64,000 nt of DNA from positions 3,072,001 through 3,136,000 of the forward strand of contig CAXXKJ010000002.1 in the NCBI GenBank assembly GCA_963675295.2, given 5' to 3'. Both the position numbers and the translations under genes were made by a program. Below are positions 1 to 10,885 of the stretch, piece after piece; positions within the stretch are counted from its first letter, which is position 1, and each line of letters begins with the position of its first letter. The notes beneath the pieces were generated by a model that saw only the letters and a program-made list of their open reading frames with translations, made no database searches and had not been told where the DNA came from. Source of the DNA: a bacterium (lineage in GTDB: Bacteria > Electryoneota > Electryoneia > Electryoneales > Electryoneaceae).

Positions 1-1644
1 CGACACCAGTCCTGCGTCGTAGGCAACTCCTGCGATATCCAGATCACCGTCGCCATCGATGTCCGCGACCTCGACGCTCGATGCGCCGTTGAAAGAGCCA
101 TCCACCACTCGTTCGATCCAGCCGGTTCCGCTGCCGGTCATGTTCAGCCAGCAGACAACCTGGTCGCCAGTAGCTGCTGCCGCGATGACGTCCATGTCGC
201 CATCGTTGTCGATGTCAGCGGCGGTCACGGATTGTGGACCGTCAATCGAGGTATTCACTGGGTGAGCGGACCAGTTCGTACCGTCGCCGTCCACGTTTTC
301 CCACCAGGTGACCTCGTCCCCGAGATTCGCGCAGGCTAGCAGGTCGTTGTCGCCATCGCCGTCAATGTCGGCAGCATAGACGCAGGACGCGCGGCTGAAC
401 GATTGCGAGATAGGATGCGACTCCCACTCCATCGGCTGTTCGGGTACGAAATCCGGTTCAATGCCGCGCAGCACGAACTCTTCGAGTGGATCGTCGCTGC
501 CGGGGATGGCGTCGAGGGCGTACCACGTGCTCCACGGTCCGCCGAACCCGTAATTGATGTGGATCTGGTTGATCGTGTTGCTGATCCGCCAGCCGTCGGT
601 GACAATCGCATGGCCGGTGATGTAATGCCACATCGGGCGTTCGAGGTCGATTTCGTCGCACAGCATCGTGAACCAATCTTGCGGGTTCTCAAAATCGATC
701 CGGTACTCGAAATCCATCCCGTCTTTGTAATGGAAGAATTCACGGAAGGCAGAGCGGATGAACTCGATATTGTCAACGGGGACGCCGGACCCGTCGAGGC
801 CATAATTCATTTCGAACGAGACGCCGGTCTCATAACACAGTTCGGCGACAGCGGTGATTTCTTCGACGGTGTGTTGCCACGGCTGGCCGTAGGTCGGGAG
901 GATATTGTCCCAGTCGTACGGATCGCTGAAGTCGGCGCTGAGGGTCTGGTTTTCCCACTGGTAGCTGTGCGACCCCTCGCCCGCCTGCGGCCATTGCCAG
1001 TAGTGCATGATCTGCGCCGCAGCTGTCGCCGCGCAACCGACCCACGCGTATTCACGGTCAATCACCGGGCAGAAGATGTTGTACGGCGGCCCCTGATGCC
1101 ACAGGCAGTCCAGCAGCACCTGGCCAGGAGTGTAGTCGTCCAGTTGATTCTCACCGAGGGACGCGAAGAATGCTGTCGAGGACGGTTCGGTGAAAACGTC
1201 CCACAAGCGGCCGTAACGATCCAGCTCGTCCACGTCGATGCCGTCACGCGCCATCGCAGCACGATCCAGATACTGCCCGATTACCTCCGCTTTTTGCCGC
1301 AGGATGGTTTCCAGCAGCGCGCCGGGGGATTCCGGTTGATCGAAGCTGAGCCGCCCGTGTTCGGCGTACGCTTTCACCGGCGGCAGCTCACGGAGCGCCG
1401 GGATCAAAAGGTAGCCGTCCGGATCGATCTCGACGTAATAACCGATGATGTCGCCGTCCATCTCGAGTGTTCGTTCGAGTCGCACATTCGCATTCGCACC
1501 CGATTCCCAATCGCCCGTCGACACCATGAACGCGACATGGTTCCGTGCGACCTGGAGGGCTTGTTCGGGGGTGATAGTCCCGGCGAAACTCGAGCTGAAC
1601 ATGAGGACCAGCAGCGAAACGGTCAGGATCAGGATACGGCGCAT
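1..1644 (-). CDS. Secreted C10 (streptopain-like) cysteine peptidase with FG-GAP/VCBS repeats; partial, runs off the window start
   Basis: Absent from the ORF track, so translated by hand from ATG 1644 (GGGAG RBS). Signal peptide MRRILILTVSLLVLMFSSSFAG; catalytic motifs WHQGPPYN..VGCAATAAAQIMHYW, GHAIVTDG and HINYGFG; then [12 protein letters not shown] repeats. Clear paralog of 2048-5029. Confidence 0.9.
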   Translation of the reverse strand, partial: MRRILILTVSLLVLMFSSSFAGTITPEQALQVARNHVAFMVSTGDWESGANANVRLERTLEMDGDIIGYYVEIDPDGYLLIPALRELPPVKAYAEHGRLSFDQPESPGALLETILRQKAEVIGQYLDRAAMARDGIDVDELDRYGRLWDVFTEPSSTAFFASLGENQLDDYTPGQVLLDCLWHQGPPYNIFCPVIDREYAWVGCAATAAAQIMHYWQWPQAGEGSHSYQWENQTLSADFSDPYDWDNILPTYGQPWQHTVEEITAVAELCYETGVSFEMNYGLDGSGVPVDNIEFIRSAFREFFHYKDGMDFEYRIDFENPQDWFTMLCDEIDLERPMWHYITGHAIVTDGWRISNTINQIHINYGFGGPWSTWYALDAIPGSDDPLEEFVLRGIEPDFVPEQPMEWESHPISQSFSRASCVYAADIDGDGDNDLLACANLGDEVTWWENVDGDGTNWSAHPVNTSIDGPQSVTAADIDNDGDMDVIAAAATGDQVVCWLNMTGSGTGWIERVVDGSFNGASSVEVADIDGDGDLDIAGVAYDAGLVS

Positions 1645-1785
1645 GGTGATGCTCCCGGACAACAAGTCGACGTGATCGTGTAGCGTGGAATATAGGTGTT
1701 GCGGCGGTTAAGGCGAAGCGATCTGCAGGATTCGGGAAAGTTTTTTCGCATCGGCACGGATGAGGAGTGATGGTCTGGAGACGAA

Positions 1786-1817
1786 AGGGACAGCCACGCA
1801 AACGTGTGACTGTCCCT
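1786..1817 (-). terminator. GGGACAG..CTGTCCC hairpin; possible terminator or REP-like palindrome
   Basis: agggacagccacgc / gtgtgactgtccct imperfect inverted repeat downstream of the 2048-5029 gene; only a short T tract follows on the minus strand. Confidence 0.4.
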
Positions 1818-1835
1818 GTTGTGGTGCACAATGTG

Positions 1836-1985
1836 TGTCGTCCTGAACGAAGTGAAGGATCTTGGCTCCAAATGATCAGCGCGTGAATAGCACGTCATTC
1901 TGAATAAAGTGAAGAAGATCGGGCTTATTTGTCCGTTATCGAGGCTGGATCTTCTTCATTTCACTTCGTTCCATTCAGAATGACA
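1836..1985. repeat. TGTCATYCTGAA..GAAG(G/A)ATCT REP-like palindromes: one single copy plus an inverted pair
   Basis: 1836-1862 tgtcgtcctgaacgaagtgaaggatct; 1893-1920 and 1948-1985 are inverted copies. Related copies at 6891, 12642 and 19135/19220. Confidence 0.75.
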
Positions 1986-2005
1986 CCCTCACACCTTCCA
2001 TCTTT

Positions 2006-2047
2006 TACCGCTAACCGACTACCGATTACCGATTACCGGCTACCGTC
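2006..2047. repeat. Heptamer tandem array (TACCGAT-like) x6
   Basis: taccgct aaccgac taccgat taccgat taccggc taccgtc, abutting the stop codon at 2048; reverse complement of the unit in the 10618 array. Confidence 0.85.
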
Positions 2048-5029
2048 CTACCTCACCAGCATCAGTTTGCGGACCTGGTTCAGCTCGCCTGGGACGGTCC
2101 CGTGGACGAAGTACAGTCCGCTGGCGAACCGGGACGCATCCCAGCTGAACTCATGCGTGCCCGCATCGAGTTGCCCATGCACCAACTCCCCCACCTGCTG
2201 CCCGGCAATGTTATAGACCGTCAGGCTCAGCTCAGCAGTTTCGGGCAGGGCGACGGTGATCGTCGTCGCCGCGTTGAACGGGTTCGGGTAGGCCGCGCTG
2301 AGTGCGTACTCATGGGGCAGGGTTTCGTCCGTGGCAACACGTGTTTCGTCACCTTGAGCCGCCGCGGTGATCAACGTCGCGCCGTTGGTCATCCAGTCAC
2401 TGGCTCCCACGGCATCGGTGGCACCGGCAACCACGGTAAACGGGAAGTTATCCGACGCGACCACGTTCTGCAGGTTCGGACCGGCGTTCAGGTGCCACAT
2501 GTAGTCGCCGAGTGGCGCGAAGGCCGGGATCTGCTGCTGGATGCCGTCCACCGCGATGTTCATCCCGGGCGCGAAAAGGAATTGTACGCTGAACACGGGG
2601 CCATACGACTGCCCGTTCGGCAGGGTTGCGGTGGTCCAGACATACCCAAGCGCGGGCGTGGTGGTGTTGACCGTCATCAGGAGATCGTAACTGAACATGC
2701 CGCCGCGAGGTACCTCGAGGTTGTAGCTGGACGGTGTCAGGTCGATCTCAATTGGCGCCGGCCCGTTCGGCGAACCGGATTGCAGCCACACGGTGATCAT
2801 GTCACCATCAAATGCCGCCGCCAACAGGTCGAGGTCGCCGTCGGCGTCGAGATCGGCGACATGCGTGCATTGAGGGCCATCGTAGAATGCTTCGATCCGG
2901 TGCCGCACCCATTCGATACCGACCACTCCCGGCTGGTTTTCCCACCAGGTGACATCGTCCGCCAGCAGCGCCGTGCCCGCGAGGTCGAGGTCGCCGTCAC
3001 CATCCATGTCCGCGGCGAGCACGCTGCTTGCGCCGTCGAAATTGTCATCGACTGTTTGCGCGGTCCAGGATGTGCCGGTTCCGTCCTCATTGGACCACCA
3101 GCGAATCCGGTCATCGCCGAATAACGCCGCGACAATGTCGTTGTCACCGTCCCCGTCGATGTCATCGGCATAGACCGCGTACGCTTCATCCGCGCCGGTT
3201 TCGACCGTTTGCCGGGTCCACGTGAAGCCGGTCCCGTCGATGTTATTCCACCACGTGATCTCGTTTTCTCCGAACGAAGCGGTGACCATGTCCAGATCGC
3301 CGTCACCGTCCATATCGGCGGCGAACGCCCCCCGCGGCGAGCCGTAGGACTCGGCAACCGTGTGGCGGTCCCAGGTCAGGCCGTTGCCGTTCTCGTTCTC
3401 CCACCAGACGACCTCGTGATCGTTGAACGCTGTGGCGTAGACATCAACGTCGCCGTCGTTGTCCATGTCCTGCGTACGGACAAAGATCGCGCCGAAGAAA
3501 TCCGATGAAATGGTATGTTCCGTCCAGCCGCCGCCGGTGCCATCATTCTCCCACCAGGTCACGTCATTGGCCACGAATGCAGCCCCGAGGACGTCCATGT
3601 CGCCGTCACCGTCGATATCAGCAGCGCAGACATCACGAGCGCCATTGAATGATGCAGTGACTGTATGCTGCTCCCAGGCTGTCGCGTCCCCATCGAGATT
3701 CTCAAACAACAGGACATTATCCTCGATGTAGCTGGAGGTGAGGATATCGCCGTCGCCGTCGCCGTCGAGATCCGCGCTCCACACACCCGACGCAGCGGTA
3801 TAATCCTCGATCAACGTTTGCGGTGCGTCCCACAGGACCGGTTCTTCGCCTTCGATTAACGGGTAGATCTCGCGGATGGCGTATTGCTCGTTGGGATCAG
3901 CGCTGCCGGGAATATCATCCAGCGTGAACCACGCGTTGTTTGACCCGCCCCAGCCATAGTTGAAGTGGATAAAGCTCATGGTGATTTCCATCCGCCAACC
4001 GTCGCTGACAATCGCGTGTCCCTCGATGCGGTAGATCAGCGGGCGTTCGTGGTTCATTTCCTCCTGCAGCATCAGGAACCAGTCATTGGTGTCGGGGTAG
4101 TCGGATCGATACTGCACATTCGCCGCATCGTCATAACGGAAGTATTGAGGTAACACGGTTGCCGCGTAGTAGGTCTGGGTGCCAGACCCGTTGATGCCGT
4201 AAAACATGTTGAAGGCCACACCAACCTCATAGCACAGTTCCGCAACGGCGTTGCTCTGTTCGGAGGTGTGTGTCCCGTTGTAGTTGTCGAGGATATTCGG
4301 CCAGTCATACGGATCGCTGAAGTCGGCGTACAGCGTGATGTTGTTCCATAGATAGCTGTGTTCCCCTTCCCCGTATGGCGGCCACTCCCAGTAGTTCATC
4401 ACCTGCGCGGTCGCGGTCGCGACGCACCCGACGAGGCAGTTCTGGTTGTTGATCACCGGGCAGTAGTTGTAATACGGCGCGGACTGGTGCCACGCCGAGG
4501 TCAGCATCGCGGTGCCGGGGGTGTAGTCGTCCAGCTGGTTCTGGTCAAGTTCGAGAAGGAAGGTTTGTGTGTCCGGCGTGGTGAACACATCCCACAGGTC
4601 GCCATTGTGCGCGACTTCGGCGATGTCGATGCCATCCGCCGCCATGTCGTCCAGAGAGCTGTAACGGGCGAGCGTTTCAGCCTTGCCGGCGAGGACAGCG
4701 TGCAACAACGCGCCGAAACTCTCCGGGTGGTCGAAGCTGATACGGCCTTCTTCAGCGTAGGCTTTCACTGGCGGCAGTTCACGAAAAGCCGGGACCAGCA
4801 GGTAGCCATCCGGGTCAACCTCGAAGTAATACCCGATCACCTCATCGTTCTCGATCAGGGTGCGTTTCAGGGTGACGGTTGCAGCTGACGCTCCGTGCCA
4901 TGCATTGATCGACGCCTTGAACGCGAGGAAACTCTCCGCGGCACGGGTGGCTTGTTGTTGATCGATGTTCCCCGCAAAGGCGGATACCGTAAGAAGACAG
5001 ATCCCCAGAATGACAAGAGCGGTGCGCAT
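2048..5029 (-). CDS. Secreted C10 cysteine peptidase with prodomain, FG-GAP/VCBS beta-propeller repeats, Ig-like domain and T9SS-type-A-like C-terminal sorting domain
   Basis: Start at MRTALVILG (AGGGGGAG RBS); [36 protein letters not shown]; multiple D(L/M/I)DGDGDxD repeats; AYPNPFN..SGLYF..RKLMLVR at the C-terminus. Confidence 0.9.
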   Translation of the reverse strand: MRTALVILGICLLTVSAFAGNIDQQQATRAAESFLAFKASINAWHGASAATVTLKRTLIENDEVIGYYFEVDPDGYLLVPAFRELPPVKAYAEEGRISFDHPESFGALLHAVLAGKAETLARYSSLDDMAADGIDIAEVAHNGDLWDVFTTPDTQTFLLELDQNQLDDYTPGTAMLTSAWHQSAPYYNYCPVINNQNCLVGCVATATAQVMNYWEWPPYGEGEHSYLWNNITLYADFSDPYDWPNILDNYNGTHTSEQSNAVAELCYEVGVAFNMFYGINGSGTQTYYAATVLPQYFRYDDAANVQYRSDYPDTNDWFLMLQEEMNHERPLIYRIEGHAIVSDGWRMEITMSFIHFNYGWGGSNNAWFTLDDIPGSADPNEQYAIREIYPLIEGEEPVLWDAPQTLIEDYTAASGVWSADLDGDGDGDILTSSYIEDNVLLFENLDGDATAWEQHTVTASFNGARDVCAADIDGDGDMDVLGAAFVANDVTWWENDGTGGGWTEHTISSDFFGAIFVRTQDMDNDGDVDVYATAFNDHEVVWWENENGNGLTWDRHTVAESYGSPRGAFAADMDGDGDLDMVTASFGENEITWWNNIDGTGFTWTRQTVETGADEAYAVYADDIDGDGDNDIVAALFGDDRIRWWSNEDGTGTSWTAQTVDDNFDGASSVLAADMDGDGDLDLAGTALLADDVTWWENQPGVVGIEWVRHRIEAFYDGPQCTHVADLDADGDLDLLAAAFDGDMITVWLQSGSPNGPAPIEIDLTPSSYNLEVPRGGMFSYDLLMTVNTTTPALGYVWTTATLPNGQSYGPVFSVQFLFAPGMNIAVDGIQQQIPAFAPLGDYMWHLNAGPNLQNVVASDNFPFTVVAGATDAVGASDWMTNGATLITAAAQGDETRVATDETLPHEYALSAAYPNPFNAATTITVALPETAELSLTVYNIAGQQVGELVHGQLDAGTHEFSWDASRFASGLYFVHGTVPGELNQVRKLMLVR

Positions 5030-5306
5030 GATTCTCCCCCTTTTCCGCATGGTCCGTTGCATGACCGATATGATAGGTGCGGGGAAATCTGGGTCCAAGA
5101 GATGTGCTGATGTTTGTGACAAAAAGTGCCCGTTCAAAAAGCCCTCCAGAGACCGTGTTGACCCCTTGCGTAATTTTTCACTAAACTTGCCTTCCCGCCG
5201 CAAGAGGTGCGACGAGTTCAAGTCTCCCCTTGCGGCGGATTCTCTATTTTATGCACGTTTGTCGCAGAGAAATTGGCCGAAATGGCTGAACAACAGCGGA
5301 TTTAGC

Positions 5307-6866
5307 ATGGCGAGCATCGAAGACAAACTCAAAGAATTGCAAACGCTTCGTGAACAGGCCCGGATGGGTGGCGGTGAAAAACGGATCGAGGCGCAACACG
5401 GTAAAGGCAAGTACACGGCGCGTGAACGCATCGAGCGCCTCCTCGACGAAGGCTCGTTCGAGGAGTTCGATATGTTTGTCACGCACCGTCAAAGCGAATT
5501 CGGGCTGGAAAAGCAGCAGTACCTGAGCGACGGTGTCGTCACCGGGCATGGCACGATCAACGGCCGGCAGGTGCTGGTCTTCTCGCAGGACTTCACCGTT
5601 CTCGGCGGGTCGCTGGGCGAAATGTTCGCGAAGAAGATCGTCAAGATCATGGACTACGCGGTCAAGGTTGGCGCGCCGGTGATCGGGCTCAACGATTCCG
5701 GCGGCGCGCGTATCCAGGAAGGCGTATTGTCGCTGGGCGGCTACGCCGACATCTTCCTCAAGAACGTGATGGCGTCCGGCGTCGTCCCGCAGATCAGCGC
5801 GATCCTCGGTCCGTGTGCCGGCGGCGCGGTCTACTCCCCCGCTCTGACCGACTTCACGATCATGGCCAAGGGCATCAGCTACATGTTCGTCACCGGCCCA
5901 AAGGTGGTGAAGACAGTGACGCACGAAGACGTCACAGTCGAGGAGCTCGGCGGCGCACAAGTGCACGCGACCAAGTCCGGTGTGACGCACTTCGTCGCGG
6001 AGGATGAGGACGATACCTTCGACCTGATCCGCAAGCTGCTCACCTTCCTGCCGCAGAACAACATGGAAGAAACGCCGATCGTGTCGTGTTCCGATCCGAT
6101 CGACCGTCTCGAGGACGACCTCAACTACATTGTCCCGACCGATCCGAACATCCCGTACGACATGCGCAATGTGATCGAGCTGGTCGTCGATGATGGCGAC
6201 TTCCTCGAGGTCCGACGTCAATGGGCGCCGAATCTGATCACCGGTTTCGGGCGCTTTAACGGGCGCGCGGTGGGCCTTGTCGCCAACCAGCCGAGTGTGC
6301 TGGCGGGCGTGTTGGACAATAAGTCGAGCCGCAAGGGCGGCGCGTTTGTCCGCTTCTGCAACGCGTTCAACCTGCCGGTGGTGACCTTGGTGGACGTACC
6401 CGGCTTCATGCCCGGCACGGTTCAGGAATACGAGGGCATCATCCTCAACGGCGCGAAGCTGCTGTATGCGTACAGTGAATGCACGGTGCCGAAGGTGACC
6501 GTGATTACGCGCAAAGCCTACGGCGGCGCGTACGACGTCATGAGCTCGAAGCACTTGCGCGGCGACCTCAATTACGCATGGCCGACGGCGGAAATCGCGG
6601 TGATGGGTCCGCAGGGCGCTGTGGAAGTGCTGTACAGCAAGGAACTGCGCGAACTGGAAGGCGAAGCGAAGACGAAATTCATCAAGGAAAAGGAAGATGA
6701 ATATCGCAACAAGTTCGCCAATCCGTACAACGCGGCCAGGAACGGCTACATCGACGATGTGATCGAACCACGCAACACCCGGTTCCGTATCATTCGCGGC
6801 CTCGAATCACTGGCTGGTAAACGCGATTCCAACCCGCCGAAGAAAATCGGGCTGGTTCCGCTCTAG
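5307..6866 (+). CDS. mmdA: Acyl-CoA carboxyltransferase; methylmalonyl-CoA decarboxylase alpha subunit
   Basis: [57 protein letters not shown]; context with delta, biotin-carrier and beta subunit genes. Confidence 0.9.
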   Translation: MASIEDKLKELQTLREQARMGGGEKRIEAQHGKGKYTARERIERLLDEGSFEEFDMFVTHRQSEFGLEKQQYLSDGVVTGHGTINGRQVLVFSQDFTVLGGSLGEMFAKKIVKIMDYAVKVGAPVIGLNDSGGARIQEGVLSLGGYADIFLKNVMASGVVPQISAILGPCAGGAVYSPALTDFTIMAKGISYMFVTGPKVVKTVTHEDVTVEELGGAQVHATKSGVTHFVAEDEDDTFDLIRKLLTFLPQNNMEETPIVSCSDPIDRLEDDLNYIVPTDPNIPYDMRNVIELVVDDGDFLEVRRQWAPNLITGFGRFNGRAVGLVANQPSVLAGVLDNKSSRKGGAFVRFCNAFNLPVVTLVDVPGFMPGTVQEYEGIILNGAKLLYAYSECTVPKVTVITRKAYGGAYDVMSSKHLRGDLNYAWPTAEIAVMGPQGAVEVLYSKELRELEGEAKTKFIKEKEDEYRNKFANPYNAARNGYIDDVIEPRNTRFRIIRGLESLAGKRDSNPPKKIGLVPL

Positions 6867-6962
6867 GGTGTGAGGTGTGAGGTGTGAGGATGTCATCCTG
6901 AACGCAGTGAAGGATCTCGTCCTTACCGTCACTCAGGACTCAAGACTCAGGACTCAAGACTC
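6867..6962. repeat. Composite intergenic element: (GGTGTGA)3, REP-like palindrome, (ACTCARG)4
   Basis: Read directly between the mmdA stop and the mmdD ATG; palindrome tgtcatcctgaacgcagtgaaggatct at 6891-6917. Confidence 0.85.
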
Positions 6963-7427
6963 ATGTACGGTTTTGCAGGCATAGAAGCGGGCAACGGGTT
7001 GACGTTGATGCTCGCCGGCATGGCGGTCGTCTTCGTTGCGCTCATTGTCCTCCTCTTCCTGATGAAGTTTCTCAAGAAGGGGTTGGACGCCCAACGTGCG
7101 GCGGTGAACCGGCGCCAGAAAGCGCGCGAGGCGAAGCTGGCTGTGGCGCGTGGCGACACGGTTGACGAACCCGGCATCCGTGCGATCGAAGGCCCGGAAG
7201 GACATGATATCAGCGGTGTCGAAATCGCCGCGATCGCGATGACGTTGCTGTTCGAATCGGAGCAGGTTCACGACAACGAGTCGATGGTGTTGACGTTGCA
7301 TGGGTTGCCGAAACCCTACAGCAACTGGTGGCAGGGTCGCATCGATCCGGCCTGGCGGGCAGCGGTGACACGTGGCCGTCCGGCAACATTGCAGACCTCC
7401 GACCCGGAACGCGGACCGAGGGTGTAA
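6963..7427 (+). CDS. mmdD: OadG-family Na+-decarboxylase delta/gamma subunit
   Basis: N-terminal TM GMAVVFVALIVL; EIAAIAMTL; VHDNESMVLTL..YSNW tail; operon position. Confidence 0.75.
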   Translation: MYGFAGIEAGNGLTLMLAGMAVVFVALIVLLFLMKFLKKGLDAQRAAVNRRQKAREAKLAVARGDTVDEPGIRAIEGPEGHDISGVEIAAIAMTLLFESEQVHDNESMVLTLHGLPKPYSNWWQGRIDPAWRAAVTRGRPATLQTSDPERGPRV

Positions 7428-7439
7428 GAAACAACTGCA

Positions 7440-7535
7440 GTCCACGAAAGACACGAAAGTAAGCGAAAGCAGGTTAAAAGGAGTTCAGAGAAGTATCAAG
7501 CAGTACTTTCGTCCGTTTTCGCGACTTTCGTGGAC
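7440..7535. repeat. Long imperfect inverted repeat built from CACGAAAG units
   Basis: gtccacgaaag acacgaaagt aagcgaaag ... ctttcgtccg ttttcgcgac tttcgtggac. Confidence 0.75.
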
Positions 7536-7556
7536 AGTTCATACGTAGAGAGCAAG

Positions 7557-8000
7557 ATGAACACGTACAAGTTCAAGATTTACGGCCATGAGTTCGAAAC
7601 GCGCGTCATTCGTCGTGATGAGGATGAGGTCGTGATTTCCGTGAACGGTCAGGAATACAAGGCGTACCTCGAGCCGACGAAGCGCTCGATGCGGGCGAAG
7701 CCGACGCCGAAGATCTCCCGTCCTGCGGCGGTCCCGTCGGAAGGGTTGAAGAAAACCGCTCCGCCGACCGAAGCCAAGGGTGCCGGTGCTGTCAAGGCAC
7801 CGTTGCCGGGCCTGATCCTCAAGGTGCTGGTCAAGGAAGGCGATACGGTCAAATCCGGCGATCCGCTCTGCATCATGGAAGCGATGAAGATGGAAAACAC
7901 TGTCGCCGCGCCGATGGGCGGAACGGTCGCCAAGGTGTCCGTTTCCGAAGGCCAGTCGGTGCTGGAAGGCGGAGAGTTGGTCCTGATCAACCCGGCATGA
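7557..8000 (+). CDS. mmdC: Biotin carboxyl carrier subunit of Na+-translocating decarboxylase
   Basis: EAMKMEN biotinylation motif, KAPLPG, Pro/Ala-rich linker. Confidence 0.9.
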   Translation: MNTYKFKIYGHEFETRVIRRDEDEVVISVNGQEYKAYLEPTKRSMRAKPTPKISRPAAVPSEGLKKTAPPTEAKGAGAVKAPLPGLILKVLVKEGDTVKSGDPLCIMEAMKMENTVAAPMGGTVAKVSVSEGQSVLEGGELVLINPA

Positions 8001-8136
8001 TCTGAATTTCGCCGCCGTTTCGGAGGCCGCTTTTTTCAAGTGGCAAGTCTAACTATTTGCTTTTCTGAATTATGTACAGCTAGTTATACCTATAGACAAC
8101 AGTTTGCTCGTATTGACCAAACGGGGGATTGGTATC

Positions 8137-9402
8137 ATGACGAAGCGTACACCACTGGTTCTAAGCGCGCTCATGTTTATGCTGCTCGCGCTGCTGCTCG
8201 TGACTGGCTGTGAAGACGAGAAGAACGGTGTATCACCGGATGAAACGTACGACGGCGAAGGGTTCCCGGTAGCCATCATCACGGAAACTCCTGATGGTAA
8301 CAGTGCATCGGATGTCGTCGCCGCGTTTCGTGCCGCTGGCGAGACAACTAATCAGGACATACCGCGGGAGTTCATTCCAGAGGTATACGATGTTCTGTAC
8401 ACGCGGAACAATCCAGATGCGGCGCGATCCTTCCTGAACTCAATGCGCGACGAGGAAAACCGTCCTTTGGTTGTCGTGGGGCCGACAACAGACGAAGAGC
8501 TGGTGCGTTGTCTCGACTATTGCAATGATGATCCCCTGCTCTTTCTAAGTCCAAATGGGGTTGCAACAAACCATGAGTTTGAAGACGAGTATTTGCTAAG
8601 CTTCGGTGTCGATCTGCTGCACATCGTGAACGCTTACGTTAGTCAAACACTCGTTGATCGTTCGATCCTGGAGTATGGATGCCAGTTAGCGTTGTTGGTT
8701 CCAGAATCAGATCGAAAAAAAGACCGGCTGGAATCAATCGCAAGCGAATACAGCAACAGTTTTGGCAGTTGGTATATCCAGGAAACAACTTTGTTTACGT
8801 ATAGTCCGGAATCCATTGACGTCACGTTACAACAGATCAAAGACCAGTATCCATTGGACATGATGGACCCCGATTATTTGTACATCTATTTCGTGGGAAC
8901 TGGCGACAATGCCGAAGAGCTTCGGAAAACGATGGAGTGGGCAGCGAATACGAGCGATAAGATTCGTTGCATGGCGTCGCCGGAATTTGCTCACAATGAG
9001 ACGTTACTCAGGGACGCTGCCTTTGTCCGAGTCGCGCAAGCGAGGGAATTCTTCTGTTTGCAGCCATCTGTGAACATGTACGGTGGCACAGGCGACTATT
9101 ACAACCGATTGGAAGCGAGACTTCATCGTTCCGCGGACTTCACGGCGCATATCAGCCATGATATTCATCGTTTGTTGATGGAAGCGTTGCAGTCCGTTGA
9201 ACCTGCAGAAACACAAGCGGGGTACATCGAGCGGTTACGCAATCGTATCATTGAGCTTGGTGCAACCCGTAACGGGATATCCGGTCCACTCGAATTTGAT
9301 GATCATGGTGACCGGTATAGAGTCAACTTTGACGTTTTACGGATCCACAACGGCCAGTGGAAAACTGATGGCACGATCACGGGCCATAACCTGCGCAAAT
9401 AG
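8137..9402 (+). CDS. Lipoprotein, probable type-1 periplasmic binding protein fold (LivK/LppC-like)
   Basis: Lipobox LVTGC; VVVGP, FLSP and GISGPLEFDDHGDR motifs typical of type-1 PBPs; less GC-rich than its neighbours. Confidence 0.6.
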   Translation: MTKRTPLVLSALMFMLLALLLVTGCEDEKNGVSPDETYDGEGFPVAIITETPDGNSASDVVAAFRAAGETTNQDIPREFIPEVYDVLYTRNNPDAARSFLNSMRDEENRPLVVVGPTTDEELVRCLDYCNDDPLLFLSPNGVATNHEFEDEYLLSFGVDLLHIVNAYVSQTLVDRSILEYGCQLALLVPESDRKKDRLESIASEYSNSFGSWYIQETTLFTYSPESIDVTLQQIKDQYPLDMMDPDYLYIYFVGTGDNAEELRKTMEWAANTSDKIRCMASPEFAHNETLLRDAAFVRVAQAREFFCLQPSVNMYGGTGDYYNRLEARLHRSADFTAHISHDIHRLLMEALQSVEPAETQAGYIERLRNRIIELGATRNGISGPLEFDDHGDRYRVNFDVLRIHNGQWKTDGTITGHNLRK

Positions 9403-9469
9403 GCCGAAAGAGTTAACGATCGATTTAACCGTGAACACCGGACGATCGGTGTGAACCAGGACAGCAGAC

Positions 9470-10615
9470 ATGGACCTGCTAGGTCAGTTTATTGAGTTCA
9501 CCGGGTTTGTACAGCCCGGGATGTGGAAAAACCTGATTATGATCGCGGTAGGCTTGTTCTTCATCTACCTCGCGATCAAGAAGGATTACGAACCGTTGCT
9601 GCTGATCCCGATCGGATTCGGGATTCTGGTCGGCAACATTCCGTTCCCGCAGGACGCCGGTCTCAACATCGGGATCTACGAGGAGAGCTCGGTCCTGCAC
9701 TACCTCTACTTCGGCGTGTCGAAGGGGATCTACCCGCCGTTGATCTTCCTCGGTATTGGAGCATTGACCGATTTCTCGGCGCTGCTCAGCAACCCGAAGC
9801 TGGTGTTGCTCGGTGCGGCCGCTCAGGTCGGAATCTTCATCACGCTGCTCGGCGCGCTGGCACTTGGTTTTTCTCCGGAACAGGCGGCGGCGATTGGGAT
9901 TATCGGTGGTGCGGACGGTCCGACGGCAATCTTCATTTCGTCGAAGCTGGCGCCTGAACTGATGGGCGCGATTGCGATTGCCGCGTATTCGTACATGGCG
10001 CTGGTGCCAGTGATTCAGCCGCCGATCATGAAGCTGCTGACAACGGAAGCGGAACGGAAGATCCGGATGAAACCGTCCCGTTCGGTGCCGAAGTCGGAGA
10101 AGGTGATCTTCCCGTTGGTCGGTCTGCTGGCGACGTGTTTCATCGCGCCGGGTGCATTGCCGCTGCTGGGCATGCTATTCTTCGGCAATTTGCTGAAGGA
10201 GAGTGGCGTCACCGAACGTCTGGCGAAAACCGCCGGCACCTCGATGATTGACATTGTGACGATCCTGCTCGGGCTGACCGTCGGCGCATCCACCCAGGCG
10301 AGTGTGTTCCTCACTCCGCAGTCGATTTATATCTTCGTGCTCGGCGCGGTCAGTTTCATGATCGCGACGGCGGGTGGGTTGCTGTTCGCCAAGTTCATGA
10401 ACCTGTTTCTCAAGGGTGATGCGAAGATCAACCCGTTGATCGGCGCGGCGGGTGTCAGCGCGGTGCCGGACAGCGCCCGTGTTGCGCAGCAGGTTGGACG
10501 TCAGATCGACCCCGACAACTACTTGTTGATGCACGCGATGGGTCCGAATGTGTCGGGCGTGATCGGTTCGGCGACCGCGGCGGGTGTGTTGCTGTCCTAC
10601 TTCCTCGCGGGATGA
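9470..10615 (+). CDS. mmdB: Sodium ion-translocating decarboxylase beta subunit
   Basis: YEPLLLIPIGFG, IGIIGGADGPTAIF, AAYSYMALVP, NPLIGAAGVSAVP, AMGPNVSGVIGSA. Confidence 0.95.
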   Translation: MDLLGQFIEFTGFVQPGMWKNLIMIAVGLFFIYLAIKKDYEPLLLIPIGFGILVGNIPFPQDAGLNIGIYEESSVLHYLYFGVSKGIYPPLIFLGIGALTDFSALLSNPKLVLLGAAAQVGIFITLLGALALGFSPEQAAAIGIIGGADGPTAIFISSKLAPELMGAIAIAAYSYMALVPVIQPPIMKLLTTEAERKIRMKPSRSVPKSEKVIFPLVGLLATCFIAPGALPLLGMLFFGNLLKESGVTERLAKTAGTSMIDIVTILLGLTVGASTQASVFLTPQSIYIFVLGAVSFMIATAGGLLFAKFMNLFLKGDAKINPLIGAAGVSAVPDSARVAQQVGRQIDPDNYLLMHAMGPNVSGVIGSATAAGVLLSYFLAG

Positions 10616-10617
10616 TG

Positions 10618-10729
10618 ATCGGTAAGCGGTTATCGGTAGTCGGTAAACGGTTGTCGGTTATTGGTAATCGGTTATTGGTAATCGGTAATCGGTAATTGGT
10701 AATCGGTAATCGGTAATCGGTAATCGGTA
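10618..10729. repeat. Heptamer tandem array (ATCGGTA-like) x16
   Basis: 16 in-phase 7-nt units starting just after the mmdB stop; degenerate on the left, near-perfect on the right. Confidence 0.95.
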
Positions 10730-10767
10730 ACTGAGACCAAGTAGGAAGTATTGAAGATGAAATAAAT

Positions 10768-10797
10768 CGGGGACACTTACTCCGTTACGTGTCCCCG
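10768..10797. repeat. GGGGACAC..GTGTCCCC REP-like palindrome
   Basis: cggggacacttactccgttacgtgtccccg; near-identical to 59180-59215 and related to 12694 and 12739. Confidence 0.85.
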
Positions 10798-10885
10798 TTG
10801 CTCTCATCGTCTCTGTACTTCTTTTTACTTCGTACTTCTTTTCTACTTTCGACTTCTTTGCGACTCTATAATTCTTTCCGACTTC

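Noticed and set aside
403-1683. 426-aa plus-strand ORF
   Set aside because: Antisense shadow of the C10 peptidase gene on the minus strand; no motifs of its own.
4965-5306. Extended N-termini from the ORF track (mmdA from 4965, C10 gene from 5221, sodC from 11686, recG from 24943)
   Set aside because: The extensions overlap divergent genes or repeats; downstream starts fit RBS, signal peptide or family N-termini better.
8011-8036. Intrinsic terminator after mmdC
   Set aside because: A T tract is present but the stem is short and mismatched, so it is not called.
10618-10729. Possible CRISPR array (also 12427-12619 and 19289-19393)
   Set aside because: 7-nt tandem units or only two repeat copies, no unique spacers, no cas genes.
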